Counted from the whole stretch's first letter, positions 10,850-23,700 are shown. The stretch: 63,999 bases of DNA, filler included, from Chrysochromulina tobinii (GCA_001275005.1; 8 parts of 8 records of this genome joined end to end with filler, not necessarily neighbours in it), one strand, 5' to 3'. The notes: a model not told the origin generated them from the sequence alone. Program-made: numbers and translations.

Positions 10850-13004
10850 ATGAAGGTGAACCCGCCCGCACGTGCTCCCGCAATGGAGGTTGCTGTGACA
10901 GAACAGTCCGTTCTCGACATGACCCGCGAGGCGGCGATGGCTTTCCTCGAAGCGGACGCGGACGGAGATGCGCTCCTCGACTACGAGGAGTTCCGCATGG
11001 CCGTGCCTGAGCGCATGCGAGGGCAGACGTCCGAGGCCGCGCTGCGAGAACTCTTCAACACGGCGGACGCGGACGGCAGCGGGCAGATCTCGATGAGCGA
11101 GTTCTTCCTGTGGACACTGACGATCGCTCAGTCGGTAGGCGGCAAAGGGCTCGAGGCGGTCTTCATGCGCTATGACCGCGACTATCGCGGTACGCTCGAT
11201 GAAAGCGAGTTCGCGGCTGCGTGTGAGGAGATGGGCTTTGGCGGGCTCGCGAGCGAGCTCTTTTCAGAGCTGGACAGTGACGGCTCGGGCACGATCTCGT
11301 ACTCTGAGCTGCTCGGCATCCTCAAGGGGCGCGTGAACGTGGTGAGCAAGGACTGTAAGAGGTTCCTGACCACGCTTGCTTTCGACGCCACGAAGCCGCG
11401 CGCCAACGCCTCGGCCAGATCCGGTGGGCTGCTTTCCGACGTCGCCAAGGGTTGGACGCTGCATGGCTCAGATGCAGATGCTCTGCGGCTTGAGCTGCGC
11501 GAAAAGCTACAAGCGGCGAAGCTCAAGGTGTCGGATCTCTACCGCTTGATGACGCGCGGCCAGTCGCGCAGCCTGAGTGCGGCGACCTTCAGCAGCTCGA
11601 TGGTCGACGATCTCGGGTTCAAGGGGGAGCTGTCGGTCCTCGAGGGGGTGTTCACTGACCTCGATGACGACCGCTCGGGCGTGCTTGGCATCTCGGAGCT
11701 GTTCGGATGGATTAATGGCAAGCACAGCAAGGCGAAGCTGGCCAAGACGGTGACCCTCGCGTACGGGCGCGCCGAGGACGCGCGCTTAGCACGTGAAGCG
11801 AGGGCCGCGGCCGCGGTGGACGCCGCCCATAAGGCTGCCAAGGCCGCTGGCGCCACCGCGCCACCCGCGCCCGCTGCGGAGGAGGTGTCGGCTGACGAGT
11901 CTGTGTTCAGCCTCGCCTCGATCGAATGGTCAGCGGTTACGCTGCAATCGGAGCTCCAGGATATGCTGCTGCGCGCGCAGCTGCTGCCCCTCGACTTGGT
12001 CGATGCATACGAGGGCTATGCGTACGAGGGGCAGCTCTCCTTCAAGCAATTCCTCAAGATGATGAAGCGGCTCGTCAACCCGATCTCCGTCGAGGAGCTC
12101 GATCTCTGGGACATCGAGGTGCGCCCAGCCGTGACGGCGCTCTGATGACCTCTGATGACCTCTGATTGCGAGCTCGATCTCTGGGACATCGAGGTGCGCC
12201 CAGCCGTGACGGCGCTCTAATGACCTCTGATGACCTCTGATTGCATCTGATTGCGTCCCTCTTCAGGTGCGCCCTGCCGTTACGGCGATCTTCCAACGGA
12301 TCCACGGACTGGCGACCTCTCGGACACGTGCAGCTTCGTCTGCCCCCTCAAGCGCGCCAACCCCGGCGCCCACCCCGGCGGAGATCGCGCCCAGCAGAAT
12401 GGGCGATGTCAGAATGGCGGAGGTGCAGCGGTGGCTCATGCTTGGCTGGGCGAAGCGAAAGGAGAAGCGCGAGCGCGAGCGTGCCGCCGCGAAGCTGGTC
12501 ATCTATCGCGCCGCCAATCCCGACGAGACGGCGGCTGCCGACGCGGCCGCCGAGCGACAGAGACTCGCAGACGAGCAGGTCGCTGTGGAGCTGGTGAGGC
12601 GCGCTGCCGAGCGCCGCGCGTACAAGCTGGCGCTCCAGGGCGCGCCTCCGCGCAGCCATCGCGCCCTCGATCGCGAAGTGAGTCGAAGGGTGCAGTTGGA
12701 TAAAGCCGAGCGCACCGCTCAGATGCATGCGGACGCCACGAGCGCGAGCGGCGGCGCTGGCCACCGCGGCTTGCCGCCGGTGAGTACGACTCATGAGCGC
12801 ATCCTCGGGACTTCCGCGAAGCTGTTCCTGCAGCTCGCGTGCCGCATCGCCGAGGAGGGGGGGCAGGCATGGCTAGTCAAGCAGCGAATCGACGAGGCGC
12901 GACGCCGGCACGAGAAGAGCCTAGCCGACGCGCAGCAAGCGGCGCGCCAGCAGCGCGCCGCTGGGCATGCGCCCCTCCCGAGGTCCCGCCGAAAAATGTA
13001 CTAG
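10850..13004 (+). CDS. Multi-EF-hand calcium-binding protein; exons 10850-12118, 12267-13004
   Basis: EF loops DADGDALLDYEEF, DADGSGQISMSEF, DRDYRGTLDESEF, DSDGSGTISYSE, DDDRSGVLGISE. A phase-0 GT-AG intron 12119-12266 joins the two ORFs. Confidence 0.8.
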
Positions 13005-13223
13005 TTAGATCCAGCCCGTAGTCCACACATACTGTACTATTTTAACTAAGTCGTGCATCAGACCAAGAGACCATCAGTTCGGGGCCGAATGGCATTCGCT
13101 TCAAATGTCAAGTTTCATGAACGCATGCATGCAGCATTTCTAGCGTTACTCGCAGTTTTAGAAATTGACTGCGCGTGAACATCCCGGAACTGAACATCTT
13201 TGCTCAAGCCCCTCCCAGGAGCG

Positions 13224-15818
13224 ATGCTCGATGCCACCCCAACAGGGGATGCCTCGTCAGGAGCTGCGAGCAAGAAGCTCTCTGCCACGCCGCTCAAGCT
13301 CGACGGCGACGGCACCATCCCCTCGCAGATGCGCCGTGCGCTGCAATCGTGCCTGTCTCGCGTCCTCGACCTGTTTCGCCAGTTTGACGACGATGCGAGC
13401 GGGTACATTGATGGGCCCGAGTTCGTCAAGGCGCTGGCCGAGCTCGGCTTCGATCCCGACGAGCCGTCAGTGAGCGCGCTCTTCGCCTCCTTCGACCCGG
13501 ACGACAGCGGCACGATCGAGTACGAGGAGCTGCACAATCTCCTCGTGCGCTCGGTGCAGCGCAAGCCGGAGCTGGAGCCGCTGGAGCTCAAGGCGGCTAA
13601 TCGCATCGCGCTGCGCAAGAAGCGCGTGAGCAAGGTCGACGCCAACCTGTTGAGCGGGCTCGAGCTCTGCAGCCTTGACGCCGACGCGATCCCGGGCGCC
13701 CTTCGCAAGGCGCTCGACGAGAGGTTGGTGCGCGTGATCGACCTGTTCCGCCAGTTTGACGACGACTCGTCGGGGCTGCTGGACGCGTCCGAGTTTGCGA
13801 AGGCGATGCGCGAGCTCGGGCTGACGGACGCACCGCCGGAGGCGATCGCCGCCGTCTTCGCCTCCTTCGACCATGACGAGAGCGGCACGATCGAGTACCG
13901 CGAGCTGCACGCGATCATGAAGCGCTCGTTGCAGGATCGGCCCGTGCTGGCGCCGCTGCCGCTCCGAACGGCCCACCGCATCACGCTGAGCACCAAGAGG
14001 GTGCTCAAGGCGAACGCCAACCTGTTTGGAGGTCTGGACCTCGATGAGGCCGCGCTGCACTCGCTCCCCGGCCAGATCAAGGGCGCTATGCAGGCGTCTC
14101 TGGTGCGAGTGGTCGACCTATTCCGCCAGTTCGACGATGATCGGGACGGCCGTATCAGCTTCGATGAGTTTGGCAAGGCGATGGGCGAGCTCGGCCTGGA
14201 CGTGCTGCCCAAGGCGCTCCGGCTCCTTTTCGACGAGTGGGACCCGGATACGAGCGGCTACATTGAGTTCGAGGAGCTGTACACCTTGCTGCGGCATGCC
14301 AAAGTGGTCGAGGACGCTCACGAGGACTCGGGTCGGTCTGCGACTGCGGCAGATGATCGAGGGAATGGAGCGAGGCCTGGAGTGCCGTCGGCAGCTGATG
14401 TGGCAGCTGACGGGGCGAAGAGGGTGCCGCGCTCTGCCGATGCTGATGGTACCGCTGCTGATGAGTTTTCTATTCGCGCACCTAGGGCTGCAGAGGAGAA
14501 GGCCGCAGCGGAGAAGGCCGCGACCAAGGTTCAGGCTGCCAAACGTGGCAAGGACGGGCGAATCAAGGTGGAGAAGGTGAAGGAAGATCAGGCGGCCACG
14601 AAGCTGCAGGCCGCCAAGCGAGGCAAGGATGGGCGCGAGAAAAATATGGCGGCGGCGATGGAGGAGGCGGAGAAGCCCCCGTCACAGCCCAAGCCCACAT
14701 CACAGCCCATGCGTCAGGGGCTTCCACCGACAGTCACGCCCTTCCCCACCCAGCCTTTCAAGCCTCTCGAGCCTCAGCGCAATACGCCGAACCATCAGGC
14801 AAGTGCTGTGCAAGCTGCTGCCGACACGAGTCAACTGCCAGCATGCATCCAGCCAAGCAGTCGGGCAATGTCTGCATCCCGCTTCAGTGACGCCGATAGC
14901 ATCTACAAGACGGCGGCGCTGGAGACGCCATGCGTAGGCGAGTACGACGCGGCGGCTGCAATTGATGAGTTTAAGGGCGGCAGCTTCTCAGATAGCGCCT
15001 CGCGAGGCAATTCGGCCTTCCTCTCGCGACAACCTCAGCAGCCGCGCACGCGTGTAGCACCTCGTCAACCAATTGCTTCGTCGTCGAAGCTGTCGACGAA
15101 GCTGACTCTAGCAGGGCGCAGCATCAGTCCCCGCTCTGCGAATGGCAAGGGCAAGAATGCCTTTTCAGGCAACAAGACTCTCTTCTTCCAAGCTTCGCGT
15201 GCCTCGCCTACGCCCGCTGCTCACCAGTGTTCGAGTCTCGACGAATCGGACTCCCCTTCGATCTGCACCTCGTCGACGCGAGAGGCCTTATACGACTACG
15301 CCTGTGAGCTGGACCCACGGGAAGCGAGCCTCTCGAGTGTATCTTCGCGTGGGTGGGGGTGGGCTCCTACCTTCCCAAGGGCACACGCAGCTGCACGCAG
15401 TGAGCTTTCCTCTCCGCGTACGTCCTTGCATTCTCCACGCACGTCCACCTCGCATGATGATCGGAAGCCAAGCTCGATGCGACGACCATCGCGCAAATCG
15501 GCCATGGGATCTCCTCGATTCCCATATCCCGAGTTGGCAAGGCTGACTCCGCTCGCACTCCAAGCGCTGTCATCAGAATTGGGTCTCGAGCCTCGAGTCA
15601 TGGCAAGGGCCCCCTTAGTATGGCACCCTGATTATGGCACTCTGATCAGATCTACAGATGAATTCCTCCGGTCTCCGGGACGACCTCCCTTGGCTCCACG
15701 TATCATGCCCCACTTAATCGCTGTACCTCCGGTCATCATGCCTCGCTTAATTGTCCCGCGCTCAGCACGGCAGCGGCGGCGGCGGGGCGGGGCTGGCGGC
15801 GACTGTTACGGCGACTGA
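13224..15818 (+). CDS. Protein with three repeated EF-hand pairs, IQ-like motifs and a disordered C-terminus
   Basis: Three RV.DLFRQFDDD.SG..D..EF / FD.D.SG.IEY.EL units and two ATK.QAAKRGKDGR motifs. Confidence 0.8.
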   Translation: MLDATPTGDASSGAASKKLSATPLKLDGDGTIPSQMRRALQSCLSRVLDLFRQFDDDASGYIDGPEFVKALAELGFDPDEPSVSALFASFDPDDSGTIEYEELHNLLVRSVQRKPELEPLELKAANRIALRKKRVSKVDANLLSGLELCSLDADAIPGALRKALDERLVRVIDLFRQFDDDSSGLLDASEFAKAMRELGLTDAPPEAIAAVFASFDHDESGTIEYRELHAIMKRSLQDRPVLAPLPLRTAHRITLSTKRVLKANANLFGGLDLDEAALHSLPGQIKGAMQASLVRVVDLFRQFDDDRDGRISFDEFGKAMGELGLDVLPKALRLLFDEWDPDTSGYIEFEELYTLLRHAKVVEDAHEDSGRSATAADDRGNGARPGVPSAADVAADGAKRVPRSADADGTAADEFSIRAPRAAEEKAAAEKAATKVQAAKRGKDGRIKVEKVKEDQAATKLQAAKRGKDGREKNMAAAMEEAEKPPSQPKPTSQPMRQGLPPTVTPFPTQPFKPLEPQRNTPNHQASAVQAAADTSQLPACIQPSSRAMSASRFSDADSIYKTAALETPCVGEYDAAAAIDEFKGGSFSDSASRGNSAFLSRQPQQPRTRVAPRQPIASSSKLSTKLTLAGRSISPRSANGKGKNAFSGNKTLFFQASRASPTPAAHQCSSLDESDSPSICTSSTREALYDYACELDPREASLSSVSSRGWGWAPTFPRAHAAARSELSSPRTSLHSPRTSTSHDDRKPSSMRRPSRKSAMGSPRFPYPELARLTPLALQALSSELGLEPRVMARAPLVWHPDYGTLIRSTDEFLRSPGRPPLAPRIMPHLIAVPPVIMPRLIVPRSARQRRRRGGAGGDCYGD

Positions 15819-16399
15819 ACGTCGGACTTCTCGATTTTTTCATGCAGATGGCGGGGATATACGCCGCGATCGGATCGAAAAGGCGACGGCCCGACGCAAG
15901 AAAGTACTTAGAAAATACATGGTACACACTTTGCACGCAACGGCACGACACTCAGTGAATAGCTGTACAATAGCTGTAACCCTGAATCCCTGTGAAACAG
16001 TCAAGTATCGTGCATAATGCGAGATATGGCCCCAACCCCCATATCATACGAAGTGAAATCGGCGGGTACGATCATAGATGAGAGTGCAGAGTCAGAATCG
16101 CGAGAATGAAATCGGGGGGCGGGGATGCAGGGGCGGGCGCGCTCCGCTTACCGCTCAAGCTCCACTCCGAGACAGCCGGGCTCTTCTCCTGTTACCATGT
16201 GAACTCCGATCTCCGTATTTTGCTCCTTATTTTAGTCCTTGTGAAACCATCTGGGGGTTCACCCGCTCCCTCCCTACCATAGTATTGTCAACTCTTCTGT
16301 TTCAAATGCGTTATCTAGGCATGTGTTTTCTTTTCAAACCATAGGGAAAGAACTCGAAACTCTCGAGAGAGCCCGCCGTCAAAAATAGCATCCGAGACA

Positions 16400-17566
16400 A
16401 TGCAAAAACGCATCCTGTTTCTCGCCCAACTCATGCTGGTGGTCTTCACCGATGCGCAGACCTGCACGTCCTTATCCACTCTAGTTGCCGGCAGCGCAGG
16501 CGGTGCCCCTGCCGGCCTCGGCACTCCAGCCTGTTCGTATATTCAGGCGAATGCGGCGGCCATTTGTTCTAACAACGTCGGAGGCGCTTGGTCCATTATT
16601 AATGGACCTGCGTGCAACCTTCGCGGCTCTGGATACGGCTGCCAGTTTTCAAATACGTTGGACCCAACAGATGCGACCTTCTTTTGCCAGCTCGCATCTG
16701 TTGGGCTGCCGCCACCATCTCCGCCGCCGCCCTCACCCTCGCCTCCGTTGGTGACTGCCCGCAATGACCCGCACTTCCGTCTCCCGCATGGCGGCCGCAC
16801 TGACATCCGTGGCGAGGACGGCGCGATTTACAACCTGCTCTCGGCTAAGAACGTCTCCCTCTCCGCCCTCTTCGAGGCCGCCGACTTCACGTGGTCCAAG
16901 CGCTCGGTGCACGGCACGAAGATGGCCGCTGCCTTTTGGGTGATCAGGACCTACTCCAACGACACGGTGACAGTCAGCTACACCGCCGCTGTACACGGCC
17001 AGGAACGCTACGCGATCGTGTCTGTCGTTGGCGCGGAGGCTACGGACAACAAACTGCACGTCGACGCGGCGATGCCCTTCAAGCTCTCCAACCTTGCGGT
17101 CACCCTGGTCGGCCGCAAGCTGATTGTCGAGACCGACAAGTGGCAGATGGCCGCGTCGGCGGACCCCTTCCCCTTCGCAATCCTCAACAAGGGTAAGGTC
17201 CTCATGAACATCGAGGTGACGCCAAAGTACGACGCAGACAAGGACGTGGTCGCGCCGCACGGCATCTTCGGCCAAGCGTACGACGACGATGAGATGGCCG
17301 TCAATGGCGCAGTCGACTCCCCCACCGGCAACGAGTGGACGACCAAGGCACAAGGCGAAGGCGCCATCGAGGGATCCATCGCCGACTACAAGCTTGCCGA
17401 TGGCTTCTCGACGGACTTCAAATATAGCCGCTTCGATGCCGTCCGCGCCCCCCATCGTGACGTGTCCAAGCTCACCGGACCCAAGGAAAAGCGAGGAAAA
17501 GGTTCGTCGGCTCGAGTCGAGCATTACGCTGAGCCCGAGCCGTCGGCAGCCGTCGGCAGCGACTAG
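16400..17566 (+). CDS. Secreted protein: Cys-rich N-domain, Pro linker and VWD-like (NDPHF) domain
   Basis: Signal peptide MQKRILFLAQLMLVVFTDA; NDPHF...DIRGEDGAIYNLLS; PHGIFGQ.YD. Confidence 0.7.
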   Translation: MQKRILFLAQLMLVVFTDAQTCTSLSTLVAGSAGGAPAGLGTPACSYIQANAAAICSNNVGGAWSIINGPACNLRGSGYGCQFSNTLDPTDATFFCQLASVGLPPPSPPPPSPSPPLVTARNDPHFRLPHGGRTDIRGEDGAIYNLLSAKNVSLSALFEAADFTWSKRSVHGTKMAAAFWVIRTYSNDTVTVSYTAAVHGQERYAIVSVVGAEATDNKLHVDAAMPFKLSNLAVTLVGRKLIVETDKWQMAASADPFPFAILNKGKVLMNIEVTPKYDADKDVVAPHGIFGQAYDDDEMAVNGAVDSPTGNEWTTKAQGEGAIEGSIADYKLADGFSTDFKYSRFDAVRAPHRDVSKLTGPKEKRGKGSSARVEHYAEPEPSAAVGSD

Positions 17567-18680
17567 TGCTATCCACGGGGCCGGCCTGCAGGTGAGGTAC
17601 AGGGTCCAGCTGGAGACTGTGCCGTCGTGAAGCCGTCGTGTCACTGCAGGTGAGGGTCAAGGTGGAACAAGGTGGAGACCTTGCCTTGCCACATGAGGAA
17701 TGGCGAATGAGGATGACGCACTATGCCGGGCGGTAGGGTATTTGTGTCAGACACCCGCTCCGATAGGCTACTACTATGAGCCCGGGCAGTCTGGCTGGTA
17801 GGTGTGTGGGGTGTCCTGAGCCAGGTAGTGAACGCCGCTGAAGATGCTCTCGCCAGCCCTTCTGGATCACGCGCGCAGCAGTAGGGTTGAGCACGATGCG
17901 CATGCCAAACTCATCACGCGGCGTCAAGAGCAGATCGAAGCCCGTGTCCTCGGATGACTTGCTGCCAGAGGCATCGTATGCATCCCCGCAAGGCATGCCG
18001 CAAGGGTCGCGCTCAATCATGACGATCGTGCTGGACTGCGCCGCCCGACGCGCTCGAAGCTGCATTCAATTCCCAAACAGGTGTAGGGGTGGGGCCTTAT
18101 AAACATGAAAAATAGTAGACCACTCCCCCTTGGGTCAAGCCTGAGCCTCGAGCTGCTGCATCTGGTGCTGGATGCGTTCGGACTCGGTGCTCTTGAGACC
18201 GTAGAGCCTCGGTCTCGATATCCGTGCTGTTCTTGATCTCGGTTGACCCGTCGTGTCAAGGAAGACGATGGTCTGGAACTTCTTGGACATGCGCAGCGGG
18301 TACCCATCCAGGAGCGCATAGGAAAGTTTGCTTTTGGTGACCGGACCATACCTATACACGCACGCACCCTAGGGAAGGACGTACCCGCCCGAACGCGATG
18401 GGCGTGTACTACGGTACAGTATAGTCTGCAGTGGTGTACACTAACTAGACCCCCCTTAGTAAGAACCCACACCTCGAACCCCGCTTTCCCGACGGGGGGT
18501 GGGTTGGGAGGTTTCGTTTTTCTTGCATGTGGTGGTGTTGGACGTCGTGGCCGCCCCCGTAGAGGGGGGTGGTCCCACTCTTCCCCTGTGGGGAAGGGTG
18601 GTGACGTTATGTTATTTTGCGTTCTGTTGCGCGGGTGGTGTGTGTGGGGGTTGTTTGACGCGTGGTGTTTGAGGTGGTGA

Positions 18681-20606
18681 TTAGTGTGTTGCTGGTGTTG
18701 GGTGGGCGTTTGGTGCGGGGAGGTGGGTGCCGGGTGCGGGGGGATGGGCGTAGTGGAGGGTTACTGTTGCGTCGTCGTCGTCAAGTGCTTTTTGGAAAGC
18801 TGTGGTGAGTTTGAATTTGTAGTCGAGCTCGTTAATGGTGACGAGGGCAGCGAAGCGCTTGCGAGCTTCTTCGGGTGGGGTTTTGAGTTTTTTCGAGGTG
18901 AAGCGCCTTTTGATGTAGAGGAGTCGAATCGTGTAGGCGTAGCGGAGAACGGCGGAACGGAAGCTCAGGAGGGTTTCGTGGAAGACGAGGGTGGGGATGA
19001 AGGGTTTGTTGGTGAGGTCGATTTGTGAGAAGGCGTCGTAGAAGCAGCCGAAGGCGTGGCGTAGAAAAGCGGAGGCTGATTCTGTGCCTAAGGTGTCTTG
19101 GGTCCACATGTTGAAGATGATGGCGGTTGTGTAGTTAGATGGGGGGGGGTCGCCGAGTACGGTGGTGATGAATTTAAGTACGAGTTTCCAGTACGGTCTG
19201 AGTTTGTGGCACTGAACGATGTGTAGTTGGCTCTCGATGTGGGTGCACCCGTGCATTCTGCAGAGGATTGTTTTAGTTGGGTCGCGCTGTCGGTTATGGA
19301 CGAAGATGCCGCGGTGGAGGAGTTTTCGCCAGTGTTTTTCTTCGGAGGCGTCGGAGATGGGTGTGCCGAGAGATTCCCAGACGAGTGGCCACGGGACGGT
19401 GACGTGGGGAAGGCGGTGTTCAGTGGGGTCGGTGGAGGCCCATCCTTTTTCGCAGTTCGGTCGTGTGTTTTGGATGTGTGGCTCGGTGTAGTGCTGCGTG
19501 ATGATGGGGATGGTTAGGTGGGTGAGGTTTGTGATGGTCTTGGACGGCTGTACCGTGGTCCATCCGTCGGGGCTGGGGAAGGTGGTGGTAGCGGGGCCGG
19601 CGATCTGGAGGTAGTGGGCGGGGTTGGTGTCTTCTCCTTCATCGCTGTCGTCTTCCTCTTGTGGTTGGACTGTGCGCCATGTGATTGCTTGCGTGATTTG
19701 GGCGTGTGTGAGGGCGGCTTGGCCGAGGGTGCGTCCTGTGTCGTGGGGGGCATTTCGGGAGTCGAGCCATTGGACGTGGTAGGTTTTGTTACCGTGTGGG
19801 TCGATTTTAAGTAACGCTATCTGGGTGTTGCGGTTGGTCCATTCGATGTGGAGATAGTCCCCTGATTTAGGTTGGTCTCTGCTGATCGCGGCTTGGACGA
19901 TGGCTGGTGTTATTTCGGCTTTGATGGCTGGCCATGTGCTCATGAGGGCGTCGGAGAAGGTTCGGGCGGCTGCTCCTTTGAGGTAGCGTGGGGCGTGGGT
20001 GTAGGTGTATTCGTTCATTTCGTCGTCGGTGAAGATACGCGCGTGTGCGCCGTCGATGACGTCATAGATTCTTTGAAGACCGATGAATTTCATCCATCGT
20101 TTGGCGACGTCTTCATCGATGTCGATGGAGAATCGCCAGTTGTCGAAGATGGGTTCGCTCTGGACGGTGTGCGTGAGTTTTGTGGTGTCTTGTTTGAGTT
20201 GAAGACTGTAGAAAGTTTTAAGACAGCGACGGAGGTACCGGGCTCTTGTTGGTACGTTTCCTAGGTATGGGTTTCCTTTTGCGAGGATTGCGCCGCGGCC
20301 GTAGCATGTGTCGGTGAGCCAGAGGTCTGCGACCTGTTTCCAGGGTTGATTTCCGGGCTCGATGTATCGGCGGATCCATTGTGTGTAGTATGCGAGGGCG
20401 TGGGAGCGAAATTGCATGACACCTCCGCCGCCTTGCTTCTGCGGGAGGTAGGAGGCCGCCTTGTGTATGTATGCGCGTGCGTTGGCTGACGTGCCGTCTT
20501 CATTGGAGAAGATCTCGGGTTGTTGGGCCCATAGGATGTTGTACGAGTCTTCTTCGAGCGCGTTGAGGATGCTCTCCGGCATGATGAGGGAGAAGAGCCA
20601 GTATCT
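18681..20606 (-). mobile_element. Non-LTR retrotransposon (L1/Tx1-like) ORF2 C-terminal part, truncated by a gap
   Basis: Post-RT motif YLPQKQGGGGV, QWIRRY...PWKQ, EPIFDN, and the C-terminal zinc knuckle C..HGC..IESQLHIVQC. The A/C-rich coding strand differs from host genes. Confidence 0.75.
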
Positions 20607-20706
20607 NNNNNNNNNNNNNNNNNNNNNNNNNNNNNNNNNNNNNNNNNNNNTTAATTAATTAANNNNNNNNNNNNNNNNNNNNNNNNNNNNNNNNNNNNNN
20701 NNNNNN
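20607..20706. other. Assembly spacer (N-TTAATTAATTAA-N); same at 27033-27132, 46450-46549, 51532-51631, 54729-54828, 59535-59634, 62565-62664
   Basis: Identical 100-nt N blocks, each with a central six-frame-stop 12-mer. Confidence 0.98.
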
Positions 20707-23700
20707 CGGCGGCGGCGAGGGCGAGGGCGAGTGCGGCGATGGCGGCGGCGACGGCGGCGACGGCGGCGATGTCGGCGGTGGCGGCGATGGTGGCGATGGT
20801 GGCGGCGCTGCCCCGCACCACGTGCGCATCATCGAGATGAGCGGCGCTGTCGTGTTCGGCAGGCCGCCGCCGAGCCGCACGCCATGCAGCTGCGCCGGGC
20901 TGAGGGCGGCGTCCCACACCAGCAGGTCCTTCATCTGGCCCGTGAACATCGGATCGGCAGACCAAGCGCTCTTGCCCACGTAGAGGTTGGAGCGGCTCAC
21001 CGGCAGCGGGAAGCGCATCGACGATGTCGTCGCGACGCTCGCTCCGTTCCAGTAGATCTGGGCGGGCCCGTAAGTGTCGGCGAGGCTCGCACGCGACTGG
21101 ACGACAGCGACGTGAGTCCACACGTTTGCGGGGAATGATGGCGCCGAGCTTGCATAGACGAAGGAGGAGGAACTCCCATGAGTCACATAGTAATGCATTC
21201 CGTTTTGGAAACTCAGGAAGACGCTGTCTGCAGATGCACCGTTGCCGAAATCGATGACGCGATCATCTGCAGAGCCTATCCGCGTGCGGTAGACCCACGC
21301 GCAGAGCGTGAAGCCGAGCCCCCCGCCCACGATTCCGGTGCGCGACGTGGCCCTCAAGTAGGAGGTCGCCGCCCCGGTGAAGGTGTATGCGCCGTTGACG
21401 GCGCACGGCGGCGAGGGCGGCGAGGGCGGCGTGGGCGGCGAGGGCGGCAAAGACGGAAAACAAACCACAAAGTCTAAATAAGTCGGTTGTTGTTGTGTCT
21501 CCGCCGCGCTGCACTTGTTCAAATTGCATCGCGACGTTGATGCCGACCATTCAAAGCTCGTGCAGCCATTTGCTCTCTGTGTAGTGCAATACTGAGCGCA
21601 TGCCATTTGGCTTACAACCTGGCCACCGCCATAACCGTTGATTGTGCCGACATAGGGGCAGTCGCCGGGCACCAAGTACCAACTAGCCGGGCACCCACCT
21701 GGCAAGGGCGAGGGCGGCGGCGGTGAAGGTGGAGGCGGTGGAGGCGAGGGCGGCAGCGAGGGCGGAGACGGCAACGGTGCTCTCCCAGTTGGATATGGTA
21801 ATAACGAGGGCGGAGGCGGCGAGGGCGGCGAAGGCGGCAGTGGCGGCGAGGGCGAGGGCGGCGCTGCCCCGCACCACGTGCGCATCATCGAGATGAGCGG
21901 CGCTGTCGTGTTCGGCAGGCCGCCGCCGAGCCGCACGCCATCCAGCTGCGCCGGGCTGAGGGCGACGTCCCACACCAGCAGGTCCTTCATCTGGCCCATG
22001 AATATATCACTGCCCCAGTTGCTCTTGCCCACGTAGAGGTTGGAGCGGCTCACCGGCAGCGGGAAGCGCATCGACGCGCTCGTCGCGACGCTCACGCCGT
22101 TCCAGTAGATCTGGGCGGGCCCGTAGGTGTCGGCGAGGCTCGCACGCGACTGGACGACCGCGACGTGAGTCCACACGTTTGCAGGGAACGGCGCTGGGCT
22201 TGCAGAGAGTACCTCATTGGACCTCAATGCATTCCCATGGAACACCAAGTACCTCATTGGGCTCCAAAAATCCACAAGGACATTGTCTGCAGATGCACCG
22301 TTACCGAAGTCGATGACGCGTTCCCCCGCATCGCCTGTCCGCGTGCGGTAGACCCACGCGCTGAGCGTGAAGCCAAGCCCCCCGCCCACGATTCCGGTGC
22401 GCGACGTGGCCCTCAAGTAGGAGGTCGCCGCCGCGTAATCCCCGGTGAAGGTGTATGCGCCGTCAACGGCACACGGAGATGCCGGCGGCAGCGACGGGGG
22501 CGGCGGGGGCGGCGGGGGCGACGGCGGCGATGGCGGCGATGGGGGCGATGGTGGTGGCGCTGCCCCGCACCACGTGCGCATCATCGAGATGAGCGGCGCT
22601 GTCGTGTTCGGCAGGCCGCCGCCGAGCCGCACGCCATCCAGCTGCGCCGGGCTGAGGGCGACGTCCCACACCAGCAGGTCCTTCATCTGGCCCATGAACA
22701 TAGGAACACTGCCCCAGTTGCTCTTGCCCACGTAGAGGTTGGAGCGGCTCACCGGCAGCGGGAAGCGCATCGACGCGCTCGTCGCGACGCTCACGCCGTT
22801 CCAGTAGATCTGGGCGGGCCCGTAGGTGTCGGCGAGGCTCACACGCGACTGGACGACCGCGACGTGAGTCCACACGTTTGCGGGGACTGATGGCGCCGAG
22901 CTTGCATAGACAAAGGAGGAGGAACTCCCATGAGTCACATAGTACTGCATTCCGTTTTGGAAACTCAAGAAGACGCTGTCTGCAGATGCACCGTTGCCGA
23001 AATCGATGACGCGATCATCTGCAGAGCCTGTCCGCGTGCGGTAGACCCACGCGCAGAGCGTGAAGCCAAGCCCCCCGCCCACGATTCCGGTGCGCGACGT
23101 GGCCCTCAAGTAGGAGGTCGCCGCCCCGGTGAAGGTGTATGCGCCGTCGACGGCGCACGGAGGAGCCGGCGGCAGCGACGGCGGCGGCGACGGCGGCGGA
23201 GGTGACGGTGGTGGTGAAGGTGGCGGGCTAGGTGGTGGCGGCGAGGGATGGGGCGGTCGAGGCGGCGACGGTGGTGGCAAACATCTCACACCGCAGTCGG
23301 CACAGTCATACCCAAGTCCGCACTCGTCGTATGCGGACTGCGGACCTCCATCGTCGCAGAGGGCGTCACCGGCAAAGTGGCACGTATTTGCGCACAGGCA
23401 GCCATTTTCGGTGTACAACATTGGAGGAGGAGGCGAGCGCGGCGGCGGCGCCGAGGGCGAGGGCGGCGGCGGCGAGGGCGAGGGCGAGGGCGGCGACGGT
23501 GGTGGTGGGGACGGCATGAGCGTGGGCGAGGGCGGCGGCGGCGAGGGCGGGGGCGGCACAGGCGGCGGCGGCGAGGGCGAGGGTGGGGGCGGCGAGGGCG
23601 AGGGCGGAGGCGGGGATGGCAATTGTGGCGCAAGCGGCGGCGGCGGCAGCAGCAGCGGCGGCGTGTCTGGTGGAGATTGGTATGGCACGAAGTGTGTGAC

